A stretch of DNA of 64,000 nucleotides, taken from assembly GCA_017961015.1 (NCBI GenBank), contig JAGCYC010000033.1, positions 661-64,660 of the forward strand, given 5' to 3'. Below are positions 8,845-18,999 of the stretch, piece after piece. The DNA is from Bacteroidales bacterium. GTDB taxonomy: Bacteria; Bacteroidota; Bacteroidia; Bacteroidales; UBA932. Each line of letters begins with the position of its first letter. The first letter of the stretch is position 1. The notes under the pieces were generated by a model that was not told where the DNA came from, ran no database searches, and saw only the letters and a list, made by a program, of their open reading frames with translations. Made by a program: the position numbers and the translations under genes.

Positions 8845-10293
8845 TTATTCTTCGTTTGCGCGGTCATAGATATCCAGGGCGGTGTTTTTCACCGTATTCC
8901 AAGCTATGGTGAGGAAGTTGGGCTTCTGCTCGCCCTTGTTCACCTTCACCGTCTTCTTTTTCTTCTTGGGGACTTTTTCGGCAGGTACTTCCTCGAAATT
9001 GAGCAGCTGGCCGGTCTCGCCGTTCGAGAGTTCCTCATCGGAGACGTTGTTGACGGGGGGAGTGTTGTCAATCACTTCCACTTCCACGGTCTCCTCGGGT
9101 TCGGCCTCGGGGATGGGAGCGCTGATGCAGTCGGGCAGGTGGTCCTCCTTGGCTGCGAGCACCATACCGATGGCCGCAGTGGCCGATGTGCTGTAAACCC
9201 CGGCGATGGTGGAGAACATATGGCGGGGATAGCCTTTGCGTACGTCGTAGCCTGACATCTCCTTCATCAGGGGAACCAGGTTGGCAAGTTCGGCGCCTCC
9301 GCCGGTAATGACCACTCCGCCGCGCAGTGAATTCTGCAGCCCGCTCTCCTGCAGGTAGTAGAGGATGGCTTCGATGATTTCGCGGCAGCGGGTGTCGACA
9401 ATTTCGGAAATATAGCGTACGGGCACTTCTTTGAAGGGCTCGGTAAGCCTGATCTGCAGGACCTTCTCGCTCAGGGAAGCCAGTTTCCCGGGCTGGCAGG
9501 CACCGAAGCGGCGCTTGATCTTTTCGGCAAGATCGGCCGATATGGAGCACTCCGTGCGGATGTCGTCGGTGATGGCGCGTCCGCCGAAGGGAATGGCTGC
9601 GTAGTAACGCATAATGCCTCCGTGGTACACCGAGAGCGAGGTTACGCCGGCGCCCATATCAATGAGGGCCACACCGCTGTTGCGCTCCTCTTCAGTGAGG
9701 ACGGTGCGTGCCACCACGTCGGGAAGGAAGTACTTCTTGGCAGGGGCGATCTCCAGGCTGTTGAAGATCTTGTCCAGGGCGGTGGTGGCCCTGCGGTTGC
9801 CGATGAATACCTTGAAATTGCCCGAAAGGGTGGAGCTGAGCGTGCCAACTACGTCGCCTTCAACCAGCTGGATCTCGTCGTCTATGGAGAAGGACTGGGC
9901 CACTCCGCCGTACATTATGTTCTTCTCCGGATTGGGCAGGGGATAGGTTTCGAGGGCCGTGAATTTAAGGCTGCGGACCTCTTCCTCGCTGATGTAGTCG
10001 TTGGGATTGCTGCGCTCGATTACGGCCGATGCGCTCACTTGCTCCACCTCCCAGCGGGGCATACCCACCACTACCTGGAGGATCTTTATCATAAGTTCCT
10101 TCTCGGCTTGGCCGATGGCGTCCTTAAGCCTTTGGGCAGCCTTCATCGGGTTGTGGATCAGGCTGGCGCGCATACCGTCGGCAGGCGTTTCCCTGTAATA
10201 GACAATCTGGATGTCGTCTCCGTTCACCCGGGCTACGCAAAGCCCGAATTTGGAGGTTCCAAGGTCGATTGAGGCAATGTATTTGTCTTCCAT
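8845..10293 (-). CDS. ftsA: Cell division protein FtsA
   Basis: IDLGTSK, IDMGAGVT, AEKIK, ITGGGA actin-fold motifs; dcw position. Confidence 0.95.
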   Translation of the reverse strand: MEDKYIASIDLGTSKFGLCVARVNGDDIQIVYYRETPADGMRASLIHNPMKAAQRLKDAIGQAEKELMIKILQVVVGMPRWEVEQVSASAVIERSNPNDYISEEEVRSLKFTALETYPLPNPEKNIMYGGVAQSFSIDDEIQLVEGDVVGTLSSTLSGNFKVFIGNRRATTALDKIFNSLEIAPAKKYFLPDVVARTVLTEEERNSGVALIDMGAGVTSLSVYHGGIMRYYAAIPFGGRAITDDIRTECSISADLAEKIKRRFGACQPGKLASLSEKVLQIRLTEPFKEVPVRYISEIVDTRCREIIEAILYYLQESGLQNSLRGGVVITGGGAELANLVPLMKEMSGYDVRKGYPRHMFSTIAGVYSTSATAAIGMVLAAKEDHLPDCISAPIPEAEPEETVEVEVIDNTPPVNNVSDEELSNGETGQLLNFEEVPAEKVPKKKKKTVKVNKGEQKPNFLTIAWNTVKNTALDIYDRANEE

Positions 10294-10306
10294 ATATGAT
10301 TGATTT

Positions 10307-11089
10307 TTATTGTCTGCAAACCAATTGGTTACGGTATCGGAGATCTACCGTGGAGTAGTATCCCGCGCCTTTCTCCGGGAGCACGGCTTCGTAGTACGAA
10401 CGCAGGAGGCGGAACTTGCGGGTAAAGCCCTCCGGACGGCCGAAGATGAACTTCTCGCGTCCGCTCACGGTATAGAGGATGAGGTTCCCCTCCGGCGATA
10501 CGTGGATCTGGCTTATCTCCTGTTCCCATACCGATCCGTGTATGTAGTTCACCAGGGCCACCATATCCAGCAGCCATTCCCGTCCGGCTCCCTCTTCCGG
10601 CATCCCCTTGAATCCGCGGGGGACTGTCAGCGGAAGGTTTCCGTCCACTACGGGGACGCAGACGCTGCCGCGTGCCTGCAGGGGGAAGATGAAGCCGTCG
10701 GCATCGGCATACCAGCCGTTGCCGGAGTCCTGGAAACGGATTACAGGTTCCCTCTGGTTTATCTCTATGTTCAGCTTTCCGTCGTCGCTCATCCACGCCT
10801 CGCAGCTTTTTACGGCGCTGCGGCTGCACACCAGGCGCTCGATCCTGTCCAGGTTCACGCTGTCCAGAGGCAGCCCCACGTAGGCGTGGTAGTCCCTGTC
10901 AAGCCAGGCCTGGATGTCGTCACGGCTCACGAAGCGGCGCTCGGCGCTGTCCAGTACAGTTACGTTGATACCGCTCTGGCAGGTCCTGGTACGGCGCTGC
11001 CTTACCCCCATACCGCTTGTCAGTATCCAGACAGCGCAGCACGCGAGTACGGTCAGAAGCCCCAGGCCTTTTCTCCAGAATGGTTTCAT
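10307..11089 (-). CDS. ftsQ: Cell division protein FtsQ/DivIB
   Basis: N-terminal TM, POTRA-like region, QREPVIR, C-terminal VDLRYRNQLVC; between murC and ftsA. Confidence 0.88.
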   Translation of the reverse strand: MKPFWRKGLGLLTVLACCAVWILTSGMGVRQRRTRTCQSGINVTVLDSAERRFVSRDDIQAWLDRDYHAYVGLPLDSVNLDRIERLVCSRSAVKSCEAWMSDDGKLNIEINQREPVIRFQDSGNGWYADADGFIFPLQARGSVCVPVVDGNLPLTVPRGFKGMPEEGAGREWLLDMVALVNYIHGSVWEQEISQIHVSPEGNLILYTVSGREKFIFGRPEGFTRKFRLLRSYYEAVLPEKGAGYYSTVDLRYRNQLVCRQ

Positions 11090-12435
11090 ACGCGTCCCTT
11101 GAGCAGTTCGGTTATGGGTTCAATGAATCGGTCTATGTTTCCGGCTCCGAAGCTCACCAGTACGTCCAGGGGTTCATCGGCCAGATAGTCCAGGAGCTCT
11201 TCCTTCCTGATGAGGACCTTCTCCGGGGCAGTCACGTCCTTGAATATAATCTCGGAAGTAACTCCGGGGATGGGCTCTTCCCTGGCGGGATAGATGTCCA
11301 GGAGGATAAGCTTGTCGGCGGCGCTGAGGGCCTTCGCGAATTCCGGAGCGAAGTCCCTCGTGCGTGTGTAGAGGTGCGGCTGGAAGATGGCCGTGATCCT
11401 GCGTCCCGGGAACATATCCCTGAGTGAGGACAGGGCCGATGCCAGCTCGGCCGGATGATGGGCGTAATCGTCCACATAGCTAAGCCCGGGAGTGTTCAGA
11501 TGCACTTCCAGGCGCCTTTTCACTCCTTCGAAGCTGCCTATTGCACTGCGTATCGCGGCGGGGTCAAGGCCGTAGCTCAGGGCTATCGCCGCTGCGGCTA
11601 TGCTGTTTTCGGCATTCACCCAGCCCGGAGTTCCCACTTTTACGTCGTGCAGCACTCCTCCCGGGTAGTGGAGGTCAAAGTGGTAGCAGCCCAGCTGATC
11701 GGGGCGTGCGGCAGAGCCGTAGAAATCGGCCCCGGGGTCGTTATAATGATAGGTTAGAAGCTTTGCGGGGGTATCCTCAGGGCGTATGGGGGTGCCCAGT
11801 TTGGCGATGAGGGTGCCGCTTACCTGCGAGGCGAAAGCCCGGAAGGCTTCCACCACGTGGGCGTAGTCACCGTAAATGTCCAGATGGTCGGCATCCACGG
11901 CGGTAATGACGGCAATCTCGGGAAACAGCTGGAGGAAGGAACGGTCGAATTCGTCGGCCTCGGCCACCACTGTGTTGTTGTGGCTCATCAGCAGATTGGT
12001 CCCGTAGTTGCGGGAAATGCCTCCCAGGAAGGCCGAGCAGCCCTCTCCGGACTGGGTGAAGATATGGGCCGTGAGCGTGGAGGTAGTGGTTTTCCCGTGG
12101 GTGCCGGCGACTGCCAGGCAGCGCTGTCCGCGGGTGATTTCACCCAGGGTGCGGGAACGCTTCAGCAGGGCATAGCCTCCCTCGCGGGCCTTTACCATCT
12201 CTCCCAGGTCCTGAGGAACGGCGGGAGTATAGACGATCAGGGTCTCGTTTACGTCGGAGGGGATGAGTTCCGGCCTGTCCTCGTAATGGACGGCGATGCC
12301 TTCCTTCTCCAGCTCGGCCGTGAGAGGGGAGGGAGTGCGGTCGTATCCGGCGACAGCGTAGCCCTTGAACTTATAGTAACGGGCCAGGGCCGACATACCT
12401 ATTCCGCCGATTCCTATGAAATAAACGTTCTTCAT
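11086..12435 (-). CDS. murC: UDP-N-acetylmuramate--L-alanine ligase
   Basis: FIGIGGIGMSALA, AGTHGKTTT, EADEFDRSF, DDYAHHP, FQPHLYTRT. Confidence 0.97.
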   Translation of the reverse strand: MKNVYFIGIGGIGMSALARYYKFKGYAVAGYDRTPSPLTAELEKEGIAVHYEDRPELIPSDVNETLIVYTPAVPQDLGEMVKAREGGYALLKRSRTLGEITRGQRCLAVAGTHGKTTTSTLTAHIFTQSGEGCSAFLGGISRNYGTNLLMSHNNTVVAEADEFDRSFLQLFPEIAVITAVDADHLDIYGDYAHVVEAFRAFASQVSGTLIAKLGTPIRPEDTPAKLLTYHYNDPGADFYGSAARPDQLGCYHFDLHYPGGVLHDVKVGTPGWVNAENSIAAAAIALSYGLDPAAIRSAIGSFEGVKRRLEVHLNTPGLSYVDDYAHHPAELASALSSLRDMFPGRRITAIFQPHLYTRTRDFAPEFAKALSAADKLILLDIYPAREEPIPGVTSEIIFKDVTAPEKVLIRKEELLDYLADEPLDVLVSFGAGNIDRFIEPITELLKGRV

Positions 12436-13550
12436 ACCAGTTTGTATATCTCGTCCACTATTATCTGAGAAGCATTTGTGAGGGCCATTCCGAGGGCGTT
12501 CTTCTCCATTACGGCACGCCTCTCGGGGGCGTTCAGAAGGTCTATGGCGCAGCTCATCAGCTCGGTGGGGGCGTCGGCGTCGCGGACCAGGGTGGCGGCG
12601 TCCCGGCGTACCAGGGCCATCGCGTTATGTGTCTGATGGTCTTCGGCCACATTGGGCGAAGGAACGAAGACGGCTGCCTTTCCCATAGCGCAGATTTCCG
12701 AAACCGTGCTGGCTCCGCTGCGGGAGATAACGACGTCGGCCGCCGCAAAGGCAAGGTCCATCCTGCCGATAAAGTCGTAATGGTGAATCAGGGGATGGTC
12801 TCCGGCCTGTGCCATAAACTCGTCTACACCGGCCTTGTAGTACTTACCGCACTGCCAGATCACTTCCACGTCTTCCCCTCCGGGGCAGCCGTCCTGGATC
12901 CAATGCTGGATGCAGCGGTTCAGGGTACCGCAGCCAAGGCTTCCGCCCACGACGAAGAGATGCTTCTTGGAGGCATCCAGGCCGAAGTGCTCAATTGCAT
13001 CGGCCTTCATCTGGGGAGTGGCGGGGGAGGAGAGGGCCTTGCGTATGGGATTTCCGCTCATCACTATCCTTTCGGCCGGGAAGAAGCGTTCCATCCCCTC
13101 ATAGGCGACGCAGATGCTCTGGACTTTCTTTGCCAGAGTGCGGTTGGTGAGTCCGGCGAAGCCGTTCTGCTCCTGGATGAGGCAGGGTATCTTCATTGCA
13201 GTCGCGGCCCACAGAAGGGGTGCGCTGGCATAGCCGCCCACGCCCACGACTACGTCCGGTTTGAACTCTTTCAGGACTCTGCGGGCTTCGGCCACGCTTT
13301 TGAGTACCTTGAAGGGCAGCAGGAGGTTCTTCAGGGAGAGCTTGCGCTGCATTCCGGCTATCGGCAGGCCCACGATCCGGAAACCTTCGGCCGGGACTTT
13401 CTCCATTTCCATTTTTCCGAGTGCTCCTACGAAGAGGATCTCGGACTGCCCGTTGCACTCCTTGAGGGCGTGGCCTATGGATACGGCGGGGAAGATGTGG
13501 CCTCCCGTGCCGCCTCCGCTTATTATGGCTCTGATGGGTTTGTACTGCAT
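12432..13550 (-). CDS. murG: Lipid II N-acetylglucosaminyltransferase
   Basis: GGGTGGHIFPA, GGYAS, EQN, GNPIR, GGSLG, HQTHNA. Confidence 0.97.
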   Translation of the reverse strand: MQYKPIRAIISGGGTGGHIFPAVSIGHALKECNGQSEILFVGALGKMEMEKVPAEGFRIVGLPIAGMQRKLSLKNLLLPFKVLKSVAEARRVLKEFKPDVVVGVGGYASAPLLWAATAMKIPCLIQEQNGFAGLTNRTLAKKVQSICVAYEGMERFFPAERIVMSGNPIRKALSSPATPQMKADAIEHFGLDASKKHLFVVGGSLGCGTLNRCIQHWIQDGCPGGEDVEVIWQCGKYYKAGVDEFMAQAGDHPLIHHYDFIGRMDLAFAAADVVISRSGASTVSEICAMGKAAVFVPSPNVAEDHQTHNAMALVRRDAATLVRDADAPTELMSCAIDLLNAPERRAVMEKNALGMALTNASQIIVDEIYKLV

Positions 13551-13551
13551 A

Positions 13552-14904
13552 TCAAATACTTGAATCTTGAGTCCAATTGTCCTGGGGGATTATAGGTTCG
13601 GCTTCCTGCTCGCGCCTTGCCATATTCTCCCTGGCATCCTTGGAGATGCACAGGAGTATGCCGAAAACCAGGCTGAACACCAGCAGGGCGTTTGTTCCGT
13701 GGCTCACCAGGGGCAGGGTCTGCCCGGTCTGGGGGACCAGCGGAAGGTGCACGTTCACGGCCATATGCATAAAGGCCTGTCCGGTTACCAGCAGGATAAG
13801 GCCGATGACGGTCATCTTGTCGTAGTAGCTGTTGCATTCCTTGGCCACCATAGTGCCCCTTGCAAGCAGGCTGAAGTACAGCAGCAGCAGGATGGCGGCC
13901 CCCCATAGGCCGGTCTCTTCCACAATGAAGCTGTACATATAGTCTCCGAATATCACCGGAACGGCATATTTCTGGGTGCTGTTGCCTATGCCTTTCCCAA
14001 ATATGCCGCCTTCCTTTATGGCCAGTTTGGCGCCTACGCTCTGCTTGAGTTCGTCCCTGGCAGTCTCGTATTCGAGCGTCCCGGGCCGCGAATCCAGCAG
14101 AACTTTCATAGTGGCGTCGTCGTCCTGGCTTATACGTCCGAGCAGTGTGGCTATACGGCCGTTCTCCTTCAGCATCCCCAGCTTGTAGGCACCCACGACC
14201 ATTCCGGCGCCAAGGATGAGCACCAGCGCCAGGATGCCTATGTCCCTCCAGTCAATACCTCCGATCAGGATCATAAGGATAAGGATGAGGGTAATGAAGA
14301 GGGCCGATGAGTTACTGCCCATCGCGACCATCCCGGCAACCGTAACCACCGGAAGGTAGATGTAGATGCATTTTAGGCCGAAGTCGCTTCCCAGCCAGCT
14401 AAGCTTGGGGAAGGCCTGGGCAAGCCTCGGGATCCAGTCGAAGCCGCCTCTCTTGTATGTATCCAGGGCCCAGCCCAGATACATTATCATAAAGAGCTTC
14501 ACGAATTCATATACGTGGAGCTGGAAGCCCTGGATCATAAGTATACGGCGGGCTCCGTTCACGGAAGCGGCCCTCACTATGCCCAGATTAAGGTTGAATA
14601 CCAGGATGAGGAGCAGTCCCAGGGAAAAGGCGAAGCCCAGCATCGAAAGCTTGCGGAACAGCTCCACCCGGCCGAAGAAATAGACCAGCAGGATTATGGC
14701 GAAGCCCAGGGCCACGGCCTTGAGCTGGTCGGCCATTATGCTCATACGGTCGCTTCCCTGCTCCAGGGCCAGCAGCGGCGTGGAGGAGAAGACTGAGATA
14801 ACCGAAATGAGCATAAGGATCAGGGCAATCAGAAGGATTACCTTGTCCCCGCTGAAGCGGTCCATCAGACTCCAGAAAAAGCCCTGTTTCCTGCTTTCTT
14901 CCAT
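13552..14904 (-). CDS. ftsW: SEDS peptidoglycan glycosyltransferase FtsW
   Basis: About 10 TM segments; GGIFGKGIGNS, DYMYSFIVEETG, TGQTLPLVSHG. Confidence 0.92.
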   Translation of the reverse strand: MEESRKQGFFWSLMDRFSGDKVILLIALILMLISVISVFSSTPLLALEQGSDRMSIMADQLKAVALGFAIILLVYFFGRVELFRKLSMLGFAFSLGLLLILVFNLNLGIVRAASVNGARRILMIQGFQLHVYEFVKLFMIMYLGWALDTYKRGGFDWIPRLAQAFPKLSWLGSDFGLKCIYIYLPVVTVAGMVAMGSNSSALFITLILILMILIGGIDWRDIGILALVLILGAGMVVGAYKLGMLKENGRIATLLGRISQDDDATMKVLLDSRPGTLEYETARDELKQSVGAKLAIKEGGIFGKGIGNSTQKYAVPVIFGDYMYSFIVEETGLWGAAILLLLYFSLLARGTMVAKECNSYYDKMTVIGLILLVTGQAFMHMAVNVHLPLVPQTGQTLPLVSHGTNALLVFSLVFGILLCISKDARENMARREQEAEPIIPQDNWTQDSSI

Positions 14905-14910
14905 ATCGGC

Positions 14911-16245
14911 CTAAAGGTTTCTTACGGCTGCCTTGAACTGCGCGCCGCGGTCTTCGTAATTCTTGAAAAGGTCAAAGCTGGCGCAGCAGGGGCTCAGTAG
15001 CACCACGTCGCCGGCATCGGCCATCTTGGAGGCTTTCTTTACGGCTTCTTCGGCACTCAGGGCATCTTCCATTACGGGAACCATAGAGCCGAAGGCCTCG
15101 TGTATCTTTGCATTGTCAACGCCCAGGCATACGATGCCCTTCACTTTGGCGCGTACCAGGTCGAAGAGTACCGAATAGTCGTTACCCTTGTCGGTGCCGC
15201 CCACTATCCATACCACGGGACGTTTCTGGCTCTCGAGGGCATACCAGGCACTGTCCACGTTGGTTGCCTTGGAGTCGTTGATATACAGCACGTCACGTAT
15301 GCTCAGCACGGGCTCCATACGGTGCTCGATGCTCTGGAAAGTGCTCAGGGAACTGCGGATTATCTCGTTGTCAATCCCGGTAACCTTCGCGGCCAGGGCA
15401 GCTGCCATAGAGTTATAGACATTGTGGCGTCCGCCAAGGGCGAGCTCCTCCAGGAAGATGTCGGTCTCCTGCTTGTCGTAACGGAGTACCATACGGTCGC
15501 CGCGTACGAAGGCGCCTTCGTCCACTTCTTTCTCCTGGGTGAAGGGCAGCATCTTGCAGCGCAGAACTATGCTGGAAAGGTGTCCTACGGTGATGGCGTC
15601 GTCGGAGTCGAAGATGAAGCAGTCGTCCGGACCCAGGTTGCGGGTGATGTTGAACTTGGCGGCCACATAGTTTTCCAGTTTGTGGTCGTAGCGGTCCAGG
15701 TGGTCCGGGGTGATATTGGTGATGATGGCGATGTCCGGATGGAAGTCGTAGATGTCGTCCAGCTGGAAACTGCTTATCTCAAGTACGTAATAGTCAAAAT
15801 GTTCGGTGGCTACCTGATAGGCATAGGACTTGCCGATATTGCCGCCCAGGCCCACGTTGAGCCCTGCATTCTGCAGCAGGTAGTAGATGAGGGAAGTGGT
15901 GGTGGTCTTACCGTTGGATCCGGTGATGCATATCTTGCGGGCGCTGTCGTAGCGGCTCGCGAATTCTATCTCGGATTCCACCTTGATTCCCTTGGAACGA
16001 ATCTTCTGTACGATGGGGACGGTCCCCGGTATGCCCGGCGACTTCACCACCTCATCGGCATTGAGGATAAGGTCCTCGCTGTGACCTCCCTGTTCGAAGG
16101 GGATGTCCCATTCGCGGAGGGTCTTCAGATAATCCTCCCTGATCTGTCCTTTATCGCTCAGGAAAACGTCGTATCCTTTGACTTTCCCAAGTACGGCGGC
16201 TCCAACGCCGCTTTCTGCTCCACCAAGTACTACAAGTCTTGCCAT
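14911..16245 (-). CDS. murD: UDP-MurNAc-L-Ala--D-glutamate ligase
   Basis: VKSPGIP, TGSNGKTTT, EISSFQL, DHLDRY, NDSKATN, LSPCCASFD. Confidence 0.97.
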   Translation of the reverse strand: MARLVVLGGAESGVGAAVLGKVKGYDVFLSDKGQIREDYLKTLREWDIPFEQGGHSEDLILNADEVVKSPGIPGTVPIVQKIRSKGIKVESEIEFASRYDSARKICITGSNGKTTTTSLIYYLLQNAGLNVGLGGNIGKSYAYQVATEHFDYYVLEISSFQLDDIYDFHPDIAIITNITPDHLDRYDHKLENYVAAKFNITRNLGPDDCFIFDSDDAITVGHLSSIVLRCKMLPFTQEKEVDEGAFVRGDRMVLRYDKQETDIFLEELALGGRHNVYNSMAAALAAKVTGIDNEIIRSSLSTFQSIEHRMEPVLSIRDVLYINDSKATNVDSAWYALESQKRPVVWIVGGTDKGNDYSVLFDLVRAKVKGIVCLGVDNAKIHEAFGSMVPVMEDALSAEEAVKKASKMADAGDVVLLSPCCASFDLFKNYEDRGAQFKAAVRNL

Positions 16246-16249
16246 AATC

Positions 16250-17542
16250 CTAACGCAGTTTCAAAAGTGCCAGCGTGCTCACGGCGAGCACGGCTCCGAT
16301 AATCCAAAAACGCACGGTAATCTTGGCCTCGTGCAGGGCCGGGACGGGTTTGGGGAATACTACCGGTCCGTCCGGTGCCGGTTTGTCCTGGAAGTGATGG
16401 TGCAGGGGTGCCATACTCCATATCCTCTGTCCGGTGCCGGTGCGGCGGCGTGTGGTCTTGAACCAGAAACGCTGCAGCAGGACCGACAGGCTCTCCACGA
16501 AGAAGATGCCGCACAGCAGGGGCAGGAGCAGTTCCTTGCGCATAAGCACGGCGCTCACGCCGATCACTCCGCCTATGGTGAGGCTTCCGGTATCACCCAT
16601 AAATACCTGGGCGGGGAAGCTGTTGAACCAGAGGAAGCCGATCAGGGCGCCCACAAAGGCACTCATAAAGATTGCCATTTCTCCGGAACCCGGTATATAC
16701 ATTATATTCAGGTAGTTGGAGTCGATGAGGTTGCCGCCCAGCCAGGCCAGGACGCCCAGTACCACCCCGACCAGGGCCGATGTCCCCGCCGCCAGGCCGT
16801 CCAGGCCGTCGGTGAGGTTGGTGCCGTTTGAGCAGGCGGTGATCACCAGGACTATCATAAGCACGTAGATAGCCCATTTCGCATACCAGCCCCAGACGCC
16901 CTTGACGGGGGAGAGCCAGCGGTAATCGAATTCGTGGTTCTTTACGAAGGGGATGGTGGTCTTTGTGCTCTTCACCACATCCTGCTCCTTGTATCGGCCT
17001 TCCACCACGGTGGTTTCGGTCTCGAGGGTGCGCTCCACGCTCTGAGGGGCTTCCACCTTTTCACGGACCACGATGTCGGGGCTCATCCAGACGGTGAGGC
17101 CAACTATGAAGCCGAGGGCTACCTGGCCAGCGAGTTTGGCCTTTTCGCTGAGGCCTTCCTTGCGGTGGCGGAACACTTTGATGTAGTCATCGGCAAAACC
17201 GAGGGCTCCGCACCAGAGGGTGCTCACAATCAGCAGGACTATATATATATTGCTCAGGTCGCAGAAAAGCAGCACGCCGGTCATTATGGACAGGATAATG
17301 ATGATTCCGCCCATCGTGGGAGTGCCTTTTTTCTGGATCTGGCCTTCCAGGCCCAGGTCGCGCACGGTCTCGCCTATCTGGCGCAGCTGCAGCCAGCGGA
17401 TAATCTTCTTGCCGGCTATCAGAGCTGTGATCACGGCAGTGACCGCGGCCAGGATGGCCCGTACGCTCAGGTAGTGCATAAGGCCCATTCCAGGGAAGTC
17501 CAGGCCCAGCTGTTCAAGATATCTGAAGAGATGGTATATCAT
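16250..17542 (-). CDS. mraY: Phospho-N-acetylmuramoyl-pentapeptide transferase
   Basis: KKGTPTMGG, DDYIK, NLTDGLDGLA, FMGDTGSL, MAPLHHHF. Confidence 0.97.
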   Translation of the reverse strand: MIYHLFRYLEQLGLDFPGMGLMHYLSVRAILAAVTAVITALIAGKKIIRWLQLRQIGETVRDLGLEGQIQKKGTPTMGGIIIILSIMTGVLLFCDLSNIYIVLLIVSTLWCGALGFADDYIKVFRHRKEGLSEKAKLAGQVALGFIVGLTVWMSPDIVVREKVEAPQSVERTLETETTVVEGRYKEQDVVKSTKTTIPFVKNHEFDYRWLSPVKGVWGWYAKWAIYVLMIVLVITACSNGTNLTDGLDGLAAGTSALVGVVLGVLAWLGGNLIDSNYLNIMYIPGSGEMAIFMSAFVGALIGFLWFNSFPAQVFMGDTGSLTIGGVIGVSAVLMRKELLLPLLCGIFFVESLSVLLQRFWFKTTRRRTGTGQRIWSMAPLHHHFQDKPAPDGPVVFPKPVPALHEAKITVRFWIIGAVLAVSTLALLKLR

Positions 17543-18999
17543 ACGTCAAGCTGTTTGAAACACTCTTTTACTATTGCTTTCTCGTCAAAGGGGAACTTTT
17601 CGTGCCCTATTATCTGGTAAGTCTCGTGACCCTTGCCGGCTACCAGCACGGTGGCGTGTGCGGGGGCGGTGAGGATGGCGGTCCGGAGGGCCTCCCTGCG
17701 GTCGGTGATTACCAGGGAGCGGGCGGCACCCCTGCTGTCCAGACCGGCGCGGATTTCCTCGATTATGGCCTCCGCTTGCTCCGTGCGGGGGTTGTCTGAG
17801 GTGATTACCAGGCGGTCGGCAAGGCGCTGTGCCACGGCGGCCATCTCTGGACGCTTGCTACGGTCGCGGTCGCCGCCGCAGCCGAACAGGCATATCAGCG
17901 GGCGCGAAGGGGCTATGGCGCGAAGGGTCTTCAGGACATTCTCCAGGGCATCCGGAGTGTGGGCGTAGTCTATCACTACGGATATGTCGCGGGGACCCTG
18001 CAGGTTCTCCAGCCTTCCGGGGGCCGATTCCAGGGAAGAAAGGGCAAGCAGAGTCTCTTCCTTTCCGGCACCCAAGCATACTGCGGCGCTGTAGATGGCC
18101 AGCAGGTTATATGCATTGTGTTCGCCTATCAGGCGGCACCAGGTCTGCGTTCCGTCAATCTCCAGGAGCATACCGTCAAAGCTCTGCTCCAGGATGCGGG
18201 CGGTGTGGTCGGCAAGGCCTTTCACGGAGTAGCGGACAATCTTTGCGCGGGTATTCTGAACCATTACGTCGCCGTTGCGGTCGTCGCTGTTTATGAGGGC
18301 TATGGCATCGGCCCCGAGCTTGTCGAAGAAAAGCTTCTTGCAGCGCAGGTACTCGGCGAAGGTCTTGTGATAGTCAAGATGGTCGTGGGTAAGGTTGGAG
18401 AAAATGCCCATAGCAAAGGAGAGCCCGCTCACGCGGTCCTGCTCCACTCCTATCGAACTCACTTCCATAAAGCAGTACTGGCAGCCGCGGCTCACCATCC
18501 TCGAGAGCAGTTCGTTCAGGGTGATGGGATCCACGGTGGTGTTCTGGGTTTCCTCGCGTTCGCCATCCACGTAATTGGCAATTGTGGAAAGCAGACCGCA
18601 GGCATAGCCCAGCTTGCGGAACAGATTGTACAGCAGGGTCACGGTAGTGGTCTTTCCGTTGGTTCCGGTGATACCCACCAGGCTCAGTTTTCCGGAAGGA
18701 TGGCCGTAGAAGCTGTCGGCGGCAAGGGCCACAGCCAGACGGCTGTTCTCCACGCGGACGAAACTCACGCCGGGGGCGTTCACTCCCTCGGGAATCTCTT
18801 CGCAGATCACGGCCACGGCTCCGCTTTCTATGGCTTTGCCTATATAGGAGTGACCGTCGCTCTGGAAGCCGCGCACCGCTATGAACAGCGAGCCGGGAAC
18901 AACCTTGCGGGAATCGGAACAGATGGCTCCGATTTCCACGTCCAGGCTGCCCTTGCAGCTGGCGGCCGGCAAATTCTGTATTATCTGCTTCAGTTTCAT
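17539..18999 (-). CDS. murE: UDP-MurNAc-tripeptide synthetase (meso-DAP ligase)
   Basis: TGTNGKTT, MEVSS, DHLDYH, DYAHTPD, GCGGDRD, DNPR (DAP-type), AGKGHE. Confidence 0.97.
   Translation of the reverse strand: MKLKQIIQNLPAASCKGSLDVEIGAICSDSRKVVPGSLFIAVRGFQSDGHSYIGKAIESGAVAVICEEIPEGVNAPGVSFVRVENSRLAVALAADSFYGHPSGKLSLVGITGTNGKTTTVTLLYNLFRKLGYACGLLSTIANYVDGEREETQNTTVDPITLNELLSRMVSRGCQYCFMEVSSIGVEQDRVSGLSFAMGIFSNLTHDHLDYHKTFAEYLRCKKLFFDKLGADAIALINSDDRNGDVMVQNTRAKIVRYSVKGLADHTARILEQSFDGMLLEIDGTQTWCRLIGEHNAYNLLAIYSAAVCLGAGKEETLLALSSLESAPGRLENLQGPRDISVVIDYAHTPDALENVLKTLRAIAPSRPLICLFGCGGDRDRSKRPEMAAVAQRLADRLVITSDNPRTEQAEAIIEEIRAGLDSRGAARSLVITDRREALRTAILTAPAHATVLVAGKGHETYQIIGHEKFPFDEKAIVKECFKQLDV

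Noticed and set aside
14911-18999. murF and ddl absent from the dcw cluster
   Set aside because: Normal for Bacteroidota, where these genes lie elsewhere.
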